Assembly (NCBI RefSeq): GCF_009914755.1
Contig: NC_060941.1
Reading direction: 5' to 3' (one strand)
DNA length: 64,000 nt
Source of the DNA: the human T2T-CHM13v2.0 reference genome, Homo sapiens
The position numbers and the translations under genes are program-made. The notes beneath the pieces are model-generated. The model did no database searches and was not told where the DNA came from. It saw nothing but the letters and a program-made list of their open reading frames with translations. This document shows positions 29,169 through 42,825 of this stretch, in pieces. The stretch's first letter is position 1; every line of letters starts with the position of its first letter.

Positions 29169-32100
29169 TATATACTTATTTTTTTCTGAACCATTTGAGA
29201 GTAAGTTGCAGAGTTAATGCTTCTTTACACCTAGATAATTCCATGTGTATTTCCTGAACATAAGGACATCTCCTGGTACTATGTTCTTTTAATAATTACT
29301 CCAGCAAGCTAGGTATGTAGTGCAGGGGCTCTGCAGGTAAAAGGAGGAGGGAGGGTCCCTGGCATGGCTGTGTCACAGATCAGATACCATAGGCAGCTTG
29401 GGCCACATCTCATCAGTTCTCTAGGGTGGCAGGCAGCTTCATTCTCTTGGCCTTTCTGTTGGGCCAGTAACAATGATGCCAATTAAAATTGAGATCTCAA
29501 GATGGGAAGGTTTGTCAACAACATACAAACACTAACCAGCCATTGGAGACTACAGAAGTCACATCATGCTGTATCTAGGTTTGATTTAAGCCTCTAAACT
29601 AGTCTAAGACAGCACCTTTTACTTGGCTAATTAGAGGCAAGCAGTTTTTCCTATTCTTTAATCATTACTCTCTCAAATACTTTTCTGCTTAGCAGAGAAA
29701 TTGGAAGAAATGAGACATTTAAACTAATAATATAAATAAGCATCACTACTGCAAGCCTCTGGGAGCTTCAATGATGAGTGACGGCATAAATACAGACCCT
29801 GTGTACATCAAAGTGTATGAATTGACAGGTTTCCATTGTTGGCAGTGAAGGTTTCCAACAACGATGGCCATTACAACTTTTCTTGGAAAAAGAGCTTTAA
29901 ATCCTCTAAATCTGGCCATTAACATAAAGACCAAATGGAGTACATGTTTTTATTCCATAGATTACAGCCCATGATAAGCCAGAACCTTCACCCTCATACA
30001 CACGTGGCTCTCACACCTACAGGAATCCCCTCATTTAATGTGTGGCTTATGGCCTCTGTCTATCAGCAAACTCATCAACGGAATCAGCCTTCCTCCAGAA
30101 GAGAGTTTTCCCTTTCTGAGATAATGCTGCAGTGCTGTAGGTGAGCTGAGTACTGTTTAATTTTGTCAGAGAAACCAAAGACTATATGAAGTTGGCAGGA
30201 GGTGAAAGGGGTCCCAATCCCTTAGAAAAAATTACTATTAACATGCTCTCTCTATATGGTGAAATGAACAGTTAAGTGGTAGAGAAGGGCATAAATGAAA
30301 AGATATCTCCCCAACTACTGGTCCTACTCTTCATGATCTTTTCTGTAACCTTCTAGAATGTTTCTGTATGTATAAACGTATACACAGATGAGGTTGTGCT
30401 GTGTTAAACACACCTTGCGTCTTTCACGTAGCAATGTATCCGACAGGTGTTTCCGCATCAGCTCACGTGGGTTTATAGCATTCTTTGCGTGTCCATTCCC
30501 GATTCTGGACTTGCAAGGCCAGGAACTGACTATTCTCCAAATCCTCTCCTTTGTCCGTTCTTATTCTCCAGACTTTGTGTACCAAAATGCACTGGCTTCA
30601 GTGGGCCTCCAGGTCTTCGGTGAGCACGTTTCCAGAACCTTGGGTGACTAAATGAGCAAACTAACCCCACTTTATAACCCTTAACCGTGTGCCCCTGCTT
30701 GTGTTGGTCATGCACGTAGCCCGTTCCCTGAGCATGCTAATCTTCAGAGAAAGGGCAGACCAATGGCCAGACCCCTTTGCTGGATAGCTCCTTAGTATGG
30801 ACATTACCTCCCAGGAAGCCCAAGTGAAATGCACCAGCCCATTTCTGCTGTTATTTAACTTAAAAGAAGACGCTGTGCAACCACAAGTCAGAGAGCTGTG
30901 CAGATGGTGGCGATGCGGTTGCTAAGGCGCTCCACTGTACCCCAGCACTGGGACCTGAATACAAGTGAGGGTTCCCCTACGATGAAGTACCTCCTGCATT
31001 TGGTCATCGTAAGGGGTAGCTCCCACCTCGTTAGGTTTCCTTTCTCCATAGTCCTGCAACATCCCTTTACTCTTTATTTGTTCTGCATCTTTCCTCTTCT
31101 TCTGGGTTTTGTTTGGTTTTGCTTTTTAACAGCAGTGTTTTGAGCTACTCATATTTCCCATAATTCCCATAGCTGAGACCATGGGGTTGTATTCTACATG
31201 ACTGAGACGCCGAGGTAAAGGGCAGGGGTGAGACCAACACGTGTATTGCTCATGCTCAGAGGCCTCTCCCAGGTAAGAATCAGCCACGAAGCCAACTCCT
31301 GCATTGCATCTCAGTCTCCCCCACACCCTATCACAGAATGAAAGGGGCTGTGAGCAATGTGTTTGCCACACAAGGCTCCAGTGGGGGCACACTGCAATCC
31401 CAGATTCCACCCAGAGTCCGTGTCATTCATGTTTTGTAACATCTTTACCAATGCCTGATTTCTCTTGGGTCCGTTGCATTCATTGAAGTTTGACCAAATG
31501 GGTAGGAATATCAAAAACGACAAAGGAGTTCATTCCTGAATCCAGAGATCAGAAAGAGGGAGGTAGCTTATTAATAACGTTCCTTCGTCCCTCAGAGATC
31601 GATCACATGCCTTTTACATGCTAGTGCTTGCTTCGCAGGGTGTACCCTATGTCTGTCCTGCCTCCTCGCTGAGGAAGGGCCTCATGCCCACTAGTTCCCT
31701 GGATCCTCACAACAGCCTGGGAAGGTGGATGGTCACATCACCATCTTACCTTCGCAGAGAGATGCACTGAGTTTGCCAAAGCTATATACATTGGGGCTCT
31801 TGATCTCTGGCCACATCCTTCTCCCCTCTGTGTCCCCACTTTCCCTTGGGTGCCGACATCGCCTGGTCTCAGGGAGTTCAGCAGTCACACGCTGACTGGT
31901 TGGGTCTGACCACCCCAGTGCCCTCTTCCCCTTTATCTCTGTCCCATACCCATCGTGTGGTACGTCACATCCCAGAGGGCAAAAGCCTCAGTCGGCAAAA
32001 GGCGCGGGTGACCTTTGGAGGTGGAGACAGTGCGCACCCAGCCCAGTTTTGCTCACAAGGTATAAATGTTACTTTTAGTGGCCATGTGCTGTTGGGTGGC

Positions 32101-32502
32101 CTACAGCTCTGAGGCCATGGACAGCCACACCTGCCCGCTGTCACAGACTGCTGTAGAGGCTGCCCTTCCAATGGAGGTGGTGATCCACCTGCCTGCCTCA
32201 TCCCTGAGGAGTGGCGGGAGGCTGCCTGCAGTCATCTTTTACTCATTCACTTGGCGTTCATGCAGTCATGCTAGGTGCCCCCTCAGCCCTTTAGCCTCTT
32301 TGCTTCTTCTTGCTCCCTGCTCAGCTCCAAGATGGCACCCGAGGCCATTGCCCATCAAGCTCATGGTGATGAGTAAGGTTAGATCATTGATAGTAGGAAG
32401 AATCTCTTCCACATTAGGAATGCAGTACCTTCTTGAATCTACTGCTTTTCCTTTCTCCAAGGATCCAAAAATCTCTGGTTTTCCTTATCTTTTTCAGTAG
32501 GC

Positions 32503-33510
32503 GGTGGTGGTGGTGGTGGTGGTGGTGGTGATGGTGATGGTGGTGGTGGTGGTGGTGACGGTGGTGGTGGTGGTGACGGTGGTGGTGGTGGTGGTGGTGG
32601 TGGTGGTGGTGACGGTGGTGGTGGTGGTGGTGACGGTGGTGACGGTGGTGGTGATGGTGGTGGTGGTGGTGGTGGTGATGGTGGTGGTGGTGGTGGTGGT
32701 GGTGGTGGTGGTGGTGGTGGTGATGGTGGTGGTGGTGGTGATGGTGGTGGTGGTGGTGATGGTGGTGGTGGTGGTGATGGTGGTGGTGGTGGTGGTGGTG
32801 GTGGTGGTGGTGGTGATGGTGGTGGTGGTGGTGGTGGTGGTGGTGGTGGTGGTGGTGATGGTGGTGGTGGTGGTGGTGGTGGTGGTGGTGATGGTGGTGG
32901 TGGTGGTGGTGGTGGTGGTGGTGGTGGTGGTGGTGATGGTGGTGGTGGTGGTGGTGGTGGTGGTGGTGGTGGTGATGGTGGTGGTGGTGGTGATGGTGGT
33001 GGTGGTGATGGTGGTGGTGGTGGTGGTGGTGGTGGTGATGGTGGTGGTGGTGGTGATGGTGGTGGTGGTGATGGTGATGGTGGTGGTGATGGTGGTGGTG
33101 GTGGTGGTGGTGATGGTGGTGGTGGTGGTGGTGGTGGTGGTGGTGGTGGTGATGGTGGTGGTGGTGGTGGTGGTGGTGATGGTGGTGGTGGTGATGGTGG
33201 TGGTGGTGGTGGTGGTGGTGGTGATGGTGGTGGTGGTGATGGTGGTGGTGGTGGTGATGGTGGTGGTGGTGGTGATGGTGATGGTGGTGGTGGTGGTGAT
33301 GGTGGTGGTGGTGACGGTGGTGGTGGTGGTGGTGGTGGTGGTGGTGGTGGTGGTGATGGTGGTGGTGGTGGTGGTGATGGTGGTGGTGGTGATGGTGGTG
33401 GTGGTGATGGTGGTGGTGGTGGTGGTGGTGGTGATGGTAATGGTGGTGGTGATGGTGGTGGTAGTGACGGTGGTGGTGGTGGTGGTGGTAATGGTGGTGG
33501 TGGTGGTGAT
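32503..33510. repeat. (GGT)n/(ACC)n trinucleotide repeat, 336 triplets with GAT/GAC/AAT/AGT interruptions
   Basis: Directly visible, 1008 bp; produces the poly-Val, poly-His and poly-Thr ORFs in the track. Confidence 0.99.
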
Positions 33511-35037
33511 GAGGGTAGTTTTCCACATTAACATCTTGCAAAACAAGTAGTTCAAGATCTTCTCCAGTTTGACTTATAGTAGATTGTCTATTTCCAGGGC
33601 TACTTTTGCTAAGAGCTGTGGAAGGCTCATTTATAATGCATTGGCAGACCTTCTATGGTGGAAAAGGAGACGATGTTTCTCACCAGGCCGAATCTGGAGT
33701 AGAAATAGCTGTGCTGCCCCCTGCCTCTTGGTGGGGGAAGGGGACTTCTCTGTGGTTTGATCTCCCTCAGAATAAAAAGTTCTCCTGAGTCTCGTAGCTG
33801 ATCTAACCCTCAGGTCATCCTGCAGCCCTTCCAGGCTTTCTTCCGGTTTCTTGCTAAGACACACCCATGGCTCATTTCTGTCCCGTGGTTGATGTGGCTG
33901 AACTTCAGTGGTTCAGTTTCTACTGTTCGCCCTCGGCCTGTGCCTGCCTCTTATCTCTCCACCGAAGTGAACCAATTTAAGAAAAGCTTTCATTTGTTAA
34001 AGTGAGATTTCTCCCTCTTTGAGTTCAGGGAAAATTCCAAAGAGATTTACAGTGAGAAAGAAGAGGAAGGTGTTTCCAGCAGTGAGCAGTTTTGAGACCA
34101 GAAGCCACACAGCAGCACTCAGTGTGACTGCAGGGCAGCAACTGGGTTGATCTAGGCTCCACAACTTCCCCTTTAGCTCTGCAGACCTCAGCACAGGCGG
34201 AGCACGAGCCCTTAACCAGGAAGGGATTTTTGCCCCATTTTATCACAGTACTTAGCTTTTTGAGCAGTGGGCACCCTCAGGAGTGACCCTTCTCTGGACA
34301 CCAGCTTTGGAATTGGATGTCCTCAAGCCTCCCTCTCCAGGCTTCTCAGTGGGGAGGTTTCTGTGGTCCCCTTTTTAGAGCTTGGGAAATCTCCTTTTAG
34401 TTTGCTTTTTAATTTTTCCTTGGCAGTAAAGCCATGGCTTTTGGAAACGTCCCATTGGACGATGATTCATGAATGCCATAAAGACAGGACTAAAAGGAAA
34501 GGGTCAGACCTGTGCACTCTTTTTGCAGAACACATTGATAAATTTAGAGCAGGACAGACATCCAGCCTAGACGTCTATCTGTGCAGCCCTAAATTCATCA
34601 ACGTGTCCTGTGAAATGGGGAGAGAACATTTTACTTTGCTTTGCTCATCCTTTTAGGGACTCAGTCCTTTTATTAGATTTTTTCCAGAAATTCCTTCTTG
34701 CTCATCTTTGCATGGTTAGTGAGTATCAAGAGAAGCACAGATGATCTCTCATTAAAGGAGCACACATCCCAGCCTCTGGGAGCCCTGACTGTTGATTCAC
34801 TTGAATTCTTCCAGGCAATAAGCATTGATGAATCAGGTTCCAAAAGGATGTTCCCAATGCCGACTCTACTGAGCTGTCACACTTGCTCCAAATGCTTTTG
34901 CCTTGTGACTTCTGCCGCTTCTCCATTCTCCGCTCTCACATACGGCTGCTCCTGCCTGATTCCCTAGTTTGGCTTCATGTCTGCCCTCACTCTGATCTTA
35001 GGACCTACTCAGCCTCACACAGTAGTCTTGTTATATC

Positions 35038-35235
35038 CCTGAGTTTCTCAGCAGCAGGTACTGTTGACATCTTGAGCCAGTCATTCTTTGGGGCGGGGGC
35101 AGTGTCCTGGGCCTTGCAGGATGTTCCACACCATCCCTGGCCTCTGCCCCCAGATGCCAGGCTTGTCCCACCCAAGTCATGATGACCAAAAATGGGTTCC
35201 CTGGGGGAAGAATCATCCCTGGTTGAGAACCACTG
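35038..35235 (+). mobile_element. MER20 hAT-Charlie MITE
   Basis: gtttctca...actgttgacat...catccctggcctct...gatgccag...ggttgagaaccactg. Confidence 0.75.
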
Positions 35236-35747
35236 GTATAACCAGAGGAGGGCTATTTCTTTGGCTGTTGTCATCTGAATGTGGAATTCCAAGGAAAGTT
35301 GGTTTCTGTTTGTTTAACTGATGAATTAAGTACAGACTCCCGATTAATTTCTAGGAAGAAACAGCATGCCCTTATTTATTTTTCAAAGAGCCTTTCTCCG
35401 TGTTTGCAAATGGCCTGTGCACATAGGGTGATGTGAATTGCAGATTCTGCCTCTGCTGACCTTGGCTTTGAGGTACTTTGTGCTCTTCCAAGGAAATACA
35501 CCATGGAAACGTGGGGTGTGAGAGTGGAAGCTTTGCCAGCCCACATGTGGGAGGCAGGACGGATGTGACAGTAAGCCTCATGTCTGTATGGCTCCACAGA
35601 GTAACTTGAAAGCCCACAGGCAGCCCCTGCCTCTCATCCCCTCTGCCCCACCACACACATCACCCACATACTCACCATTCATTGTGGTGTGAAATCTCCT
35701 TGGGTGAAGAGTAGATGGTTGCTTATTAAAATGGAAATAAGCCCAGA

Positions 35748-36043
35748 GGCTGGACGCGGTGGCTCACACCTGTAATCCCAGTACTTTGGGAGGCCAAGGC
35801 CAGCAGATTGCTTGAGCCCAGGAGTTCGAGACCAGCCTGAGCAACATGGTGAAACCCTGTCAATACAAAAAATGCAAAAAATAGTCAGGTGTGGTGGTGC
35901 GCACCCGCAGTCCCAGCTACTCAGGAGGCTGAGGTGGGAGGAACGGTTGAGCTCAGGTGTTGAGGCTGCAGTGAGTCGTGCTCCCACCACTGCACACCAG
36001 CCTGGGTGACAGAGTGAGACCCTGTCTCAAAAAAGAAAAAAAA
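35748..36043 (+). mobile_element. AluJ-type element, TSD aataagcccaga
   Basis: Sense Alu with flanking direct repeat. Confidence 0.9.
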
Positions 36044-36128
36044 ATTAATAAGCCCAGAAAGGAAAGCTGTTTGTCATAAAGACCTTACTTTGAATTTATG
36101 ACATGCTTTCCACCTCAACAGGTACTTA

Positions 36129-36440
<312 letters not shown>

Positions 36441-37681
36441 CTAGCAGCACGTGCTGGCCTCTCGCCTCGGCTGGGTTCTGTGCAAAACCCCATACATTTC
36501 ACCTTCCTGACAGCCTTGGGCAGGAGGTGTGATTGTTCTCCCAGTGTTACAGATGAGCAAACTTGGTGGACCCCACTTCACAGTTAATCCAGAGCTATTC
36601 TCTGTTAGAGACCCAAGGATGCCTGGTTAGTTTGAAATGTGTGCTAGCTCAGAGTTAATTCATATTGGCCCTGTGGTGCTAGCAGCAGGTCCAAGGGCAG
36701 TAATTGGCAGCATCTTGAAAATCATTCTTAGGATCCTTAGTGAAACTCCCAGCTCTTCCTGCTTCAGAGTCACCCTGGGCTCCCGGGGACTTCAACACGC
36801 CACTACCCTTGTGGGTGGCTGACAAGGTGAAGAGAACACTCCTTCCCCACTTTTGGGGTCAGGCTACCAAGCCGTGCTGCCTAAGCGGCTGTGTGTCTCA
36901 GCGACCCCAGTGCAACAGTTCTGCCTGGAGTGGACCCTGGAGGAGAGGAACAGCCGAGACAGCAGGCCTCTCCCTGCCTCCCCAGGGCGCCATGCAAACA
37001 TCCTCCAGCCTGAGACCACCCTGCAAATAAGCTCCAGTCAGTCACCCAGCCTGCCCGCTGGCCAGCTCTGTCTAGGTGTGCTAAATCCTAGCTGGGCCAG
37101 GTGCAAATCTCCCAGCCTTGCCGCCACACCTACCTCATATCGCTTGAAGCTTAATTTAGGGGCTGGGGTTGCTGGAGCAGCCCAGTAGGAAGGCAAGGAT
37201 AACACAGTTTTTACTTCACTACAAATATTGCGGCAAAAAAACAGATGTGGGGCAGTAACTCACCCCGTCGCTTGGTCCAGGGGTAACTGCCTGCAGCCCC
37301 AGCCGACATCCTGGCCTTTCAACACGGAGCTGTGACTGACGGCCCTGCGTGCGTGGCTTCCGTGCTCTCAGCTCCGCTTGCTCGGTGAGGTGGACGTGAG
37401 GGGACAGGGGCTGTCCCCTTGTTGCTGCCTCATTGCCAGCCGTGCAATTCCCACCCAGGGCTTCTGTTCGGGGTGTTTCAGGGTTTACAGTTGGGTAACT
37501 CGTTGTTGTCTGCTGTGCCTGGCTTTTCAATCCAATAGGCCTGCAAGTCCTCCGAGATTCCTCCTCCTAACCAGCCCGGAGTTCCCCAGGGCCGTGCCCC
37601 TCCCCAGAGAGGGCCCTCGGAGAGCTGCTCCCGCATTGTCATGTTGACTGACCTTTCCTTCTTTTTGTCTTTTCTCCACAG

Positions 37682-37846
37682 TGTGGCAAAGGAGCAGAGA
37701 ACTTTGACAAGTTCTTCACACGAGGACAGCCCGTCTTAACACCACCTGATCAGCTGGTTATTGCTAACATAGACCAGTCTGATTTTGAAGGGTTCTCGTA
37801 TGTCAACCCCCAGTTTGTGCACCCCATCTTACAGAGTGCAGTATGA
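37682..37846 (+). CDS. PRKCA: PKC-alpha terminal coding exon (exon 17; aa 619-672, [54 protein letters not shown])
   Basis: Branch-like actgac, pyrimidine tract and ccacag|TGT acceptor; NFD motif, turn motif T638 (LTPP), hydrophobic motif S657 (FEGFSY), PDZ ligand QSAV, TGA at 37844-37846. Confidence 0.98.
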   Translation, partial: CGKGAENFDKFFTRGQPVLTPPDQLVIANIDQSDFEGFSYVNPQFVHPILQSAV

Positions 37847-39104
37847 AACTCACCAGCGAGAACAAACACCTCCCCAGCCCCCAGCCCTCCCCGCAGTGGG
37901 AAGTGAATCCTTAACCCTAAAATTTTAAGGCCACGGCCTTGTGTCTGATTCCATATGGAGGCCTGAAAATTGTAGGGTTATTAGTCCAAATGTGATCAAC
38001 TGTTCAGGGTCTCTCTCTTACAACCAAGAACATTATCTTAGTGGAAGATGGTACGTCATGCTCAGTGTCCAGTTTAATTCTGTAGAAGTTACGTCTGGCT
38101 CTAGGTTAACCCTTCCTAGAAAGCAAGCAGACTGTTGCCCCATTTTGGGTACAATTTGATATACTTTCCATACCCTCCATCTGTGGATTTTTCAGCATTG
38201 GAATCCCCCAACCAGAGATGTTAAAGTGAGCCTGTCCCAGGAGACATCTCCACCCAAGACGTCTTTGGAATCCAAGAACAGGAAGCCAAGAGAGTGAGCA
38301 GGGAGGGATTGGGGGTGGGGGAGGCCTCAAAATACCGACTGCGTCCATTCTCTGCCTCCATGGAAACAGCCCCTAGAATCTGAAAGGCCGGGATAAACCT
38401 AATCACTGTTCCCAAACATTGACAAATCCTAACCCAACCATGGTCCAGCAGTTACCAGTTTAAACAAAAAAACCTCAGATGAGTGTTGGGTGAATCTGTC
38501 ATCTGGTACCCTCCTTGGTTGATAACTGTCTTGATACTTTTCATTCTTTGTAAGAGGCCAAATCGTCTAAGGACGTTGCTGAACAAGCGTGTGAAATCAT
38601 TTCAGATCAAGGATAAGCCAGTGTGTACATATGTTCATTTTAATCTCTGGGAGATTATTTTTCCATCCAGGGTGCCATCAGTAATCATGCCACTACTCAC
38701 CAGTGTTGTTCGCCAACACCCACCCCCACACACACCAACATTTTGCTGCCTACCTTGTTATCCTTCTCAAGAAGCTGAAGTGTACGCCCTCTCCCCTTTT
38801 GTGCTTATTTATTTAATAGGCTGCAGTGTCGCTTATGAAAGTACGATGTACAGTAACTTAATGGAAGTGCTGACTCTAGCATCAGCCTCTACCGATTGAT
38901 TTTCCTCCCTTCTCTAGCCCTGGATGTCCACTTAGGGATAAAAAGAATATGGTTTTGGTTCCCATTTCTAGTTCACGTTGAATGACAGGCCTGGAGCTGT
39001 AGAATCAGGAAACCCGGATGCCTAACAGCTCAAAGATGTTTTGTTAATAGAAGGATTTTAATACGTTTTGCAAATGCATCATGCAATGAATTTTGCATGT
39101 TTAT

Positions 39105-39110
39105 AATAAA
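39105..39110 (+). terminator. PRKCA: Candidate proximal polyadenylation signal
   Basis: AATAAA in an AT-rich segment ~1.26 kb after the stop codon. Confidence 0.55.
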
Positions 39111-42100
39111 CCTTAATAACAAGTGAATCTATATTATTGATATAATCGTATCAAGTATAAAGAGAGTATTATAATAATTTTATAAGACACAATTGTGCTC
39201 TATTTGTGCAGGTTCTTGTTTCTAATCCTCTTTTCTAATTAAGTTTTAGCTGAATCCCTTGCTTCTGTGCTTTCCCTCCCTGCACATGGGCACTGTATCA
39301 GATAGATTACTTTTTAAATGTAGATAAAATTTCAAAAATGAATGGCTAGTTTACGTGATAGATTAGGCTCTTACTACATATGTGTGTGTATATATATGTA
39401 TTTGATTCTACCTGCAAACAAATTTTTATTGGTGAGGACTATTTTTGAGCTGACACTCCCTCTTAGTTTCTTCATGTCACCTTTCGTCCTGGTTCCTCCG
39501 CCACTCTTCCTCTTGGGGACAACAGGAAGTGTCTGATTCCAGTCTGCCTAGTACGTTGGTACACACGTGGCATTGCCGCAGCACCTGGGCTGACCTTTGT
39601 GTGTGCGTGTGTGTGTGTTTCCTTCTTCCCTTCAGCCTGTGACTGTTGCTGACTCCAGGGGTGGGAGGGATGGGGAGACTCCCCTCTTGCTGTGTGTACT
39701 GGACACGCAGGAAGCATGCTGTCTTGCTGCCTCTGCAACGACCTGTCGTTTGCTCCAGCATGCACAAACTTCGTGAGACCAACACAGCCGTGCCCTGCAG
39801 GCACCAGCACGTGCTTTTCAGAGGCTGCGGACTTTCTTCCAGCCATTGTGGCATTGGCCTTTCCAGTCTTGGGAGGAGCACGCTGCTTTGGTGAGACACC
39901 CCCATGCAAGGTCCTCAGAGTAGCCGGGTTCTACCACAAACAGAAACAGAATGAAAGTAGCTGTCAGTCCTTGTAGAGAGCCGCTCTGTTTCCTCCCAGA
40001 AGCATCTCCCAGCTAAGCTCGCATTATTTTTCTCCTCTGGCTGTTTGCCTGAAGTTCACAGAACACACAACCATGAAAGGCTTTTTGAGGTGAGAGGCCC
40101 AGGTGGTCCTGGCAACCCTGAGTAGAAGGAGAGACGGGGTAGGGAACGGGCCCGGCCAGAAAAGAACCATTTCTTCTGCCATCTTTTATGCACCATAGAC
40201 ATCGAGACTCCAGGGGGTCCTGGCTCCCCTGTCCTTGCAGCCCTGCAGGTCAGTGCATGATCTGGGTTCGTGTCCTGACCAGGTGCTCCTCCTTTGATCC
40301 GAGGGGAAAGGGACTGGTTTATAGAAAGAGCCTAGGAGACAAAAGGGCCAGTCCCCCTGCCCAGAATGGAGCAGCAGCAGGACAGACCCCCACGAGGCCC
40401 CCCAGAGAGGAGGAAGATCCCACGGAGGAACACATGAGGTTAGGGACCCTTGTTCAGCACCCCAAACAGCCTGCCTGTTTAAAGCAGGCAGCAGGCTTAG
40501 GCCTTCCCTGCAACCCCAACACCCACAAGTTTGTTTCTCTAGGAAACACATTCACTGTCTCAGCTGGCTGTTACTCTCTCAGACCATATGGCAAAGTTTT
40601 CCAAGAAAATGCCCCGACAGGGGTGCCCAGCACACTGCCTGAGGGACAACAGACATCAGAACAAACCCCCAGAGAGAAACAGTCAAAATCAGGGCCCGGT
40701 GCAGTGTTGTCATGTGGAACCTGCTTTATCCATTGCTGAGTGTTGAATGTGGGTAATGGTTAGGGCTTTCCAGATCTCAGCAGCCAAAGACAGTTATTGT
40801 TGGAAGACTGTCATGTAGATAACCATGAGCAATGGCTCGCCTCAGAATCAGTTCATAAAATTCTATGGTACTGGCCCCTTCGTGGGTATTGTGTGAAATG
40901 AGATGGTGGCGAGGGGTGCGCTGTGGAACTGCCGCAGCCACGCAGGAGGTCCCTGGGGGATGCTTTGGGAAGTCCTTGCCCCTGAGCACTGCCTGATTGC
41001 CAGGGCCTGTGGAGGTCTAGGCCGCCTGGCAGAATCTAGCACCGTCCGAATCCCCGCAGGACCCATGGAGCTATGACCACACCAGGCCATTCAAATGGCT
41101 CTGCATTATCTTCCCTTGGAAGGTGGCCACTCCTCGGTGGCAGGGCCTTTCCCTGAGGCTGCAGGCCGTGGGCTGGCAGCCCGTCTCTTGGCATTTCAAT
41201 TGAAGGTCACCAGGTGCTGGGTTTGAAAGGAAGTCACTGGAGTGCTGCCAGGGGCCGCCCTCCAAGGTTAATGAGAGGCCCACATCCAGGCAAGAACTAA
41301 TTCAAAAGGCAGATCAGAAACCACAGGAGTCAAAATTATTGCTCCGGCAGTGCTTCCCTTCCTTTCATCCACTGGCCTCGTGTGGTCCATGCAGGGCCAC
41401 TGTCTGCCCTTTCTGATGCCACGTATTAGGCTTTCTTACTCAGAATTTTGATAGAAAACCATGGGGCCAAGAGCTCTGGAAGCCTGGCCGGAAAGACCAA
41501 GGTTCATGCAGCCCAACAAATGATTGTTGAGCACCTCTCGGAGCCAAAGTCCTTAGGCGAGTGTGGTGACTTCCTGGAAGGAGGATGCAGACTTCCAGAG
41601 AGCCCCCCCAACGGACGTGCTGAGAAGGGAGAGGGAGGCGGGGGCTGTAGTCAGGAAGGAGCCAGAGAAGAACAGGGTTTGGGTGCATCCAGAAATATGC
41701 CTGCAGTAGGAGGGAGAGGAAGGGGTGCCACCGTCAACGGCTTCCCATCGGAGGTGGTTGGTGCAGATGGAAGTTTCTGTCTGCTGGCCCTCAAGAGAGT
41801 GTTTTGCCAGGGACACAGTCTGTTCCTCCTCAGAAAACACCCCCCAAATGCTAACAACATCCCCACCAGCTGCTAGAAGCCCCTTTCCCCTCCCCACCTT
41901 GAAGTAGCTCATAGTTCTCTGGGCAGAGCCAGACCATCCAGTGTACCCCAGAGGCCAGTAGGTTCCTGCCCATTTTCCTCTCTGGCTTCCTGCCAAGAAT
42001 TATGGCAGCTGAGGATGAATGGAGAAGTAAAAACAACTAACACCGCACAACTAACAACTAACACCGCAGTTCCCACCTGGGTTCCACTTAGCAGGAGACA

Positions 42101-42516
42101 TTTCGGAGGGTTTTTTTTGTTTTTGTTCCTGTTTTTTTTTTTTTTTTTTTTTGCTGGAATTTGTTTTCTCAGTACTGAAAAGAGAAAAAGTGACAATCTT
42201 GTATTTTTAAAAGCCTCGGAAAGGTGATACCATCTGACAGTCATTTTCTCACGTTGGTCTTCTAAAGTCACCTATTTCTTGTGTGTGCACATCACACCAT
42301 TTCCTGTTTCTTTATAACCCGACAAGGGTAGGAGTGCCTGTTTCCCCTGCTGGGCACACCAGACAATCGTAATCACAAAACAGACACTGAGCCAGGGGCC
42401 CAAAGGGTGTGATCATGAGAGTTACCGGGACAGCAGTAGGCATGACAGTCACCAGGAAGGACAAGGGTGCTCTGTTGTTAGTGGCCACACACCAATTTGA
42501 CAAGGAGTGTTGCGAA

Positions 42517-42825
<309 letters not shown>

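Noticed and set aside
32414-33555. 375-aa poly-His and 353-aa poly-Thr ORFs as genuine genes
   Set aside because: They are by-products of a stop-free triplet repeat. The annotated starts are TTG, and no antisense promoter or exon structure is evident.
40453-40473. RE1/REST-like site TTCAGCACCccaaACAGC
   Set aside because: The right half-site lacks the critical GG of GGACAG; only a half-site match.
40188-41996. 140-183 aa ORFs within the 3' UTR
   Set aside because: No recognisable domain or coding signature; such lengths are expected by chance in GC-rich UTR sequence.
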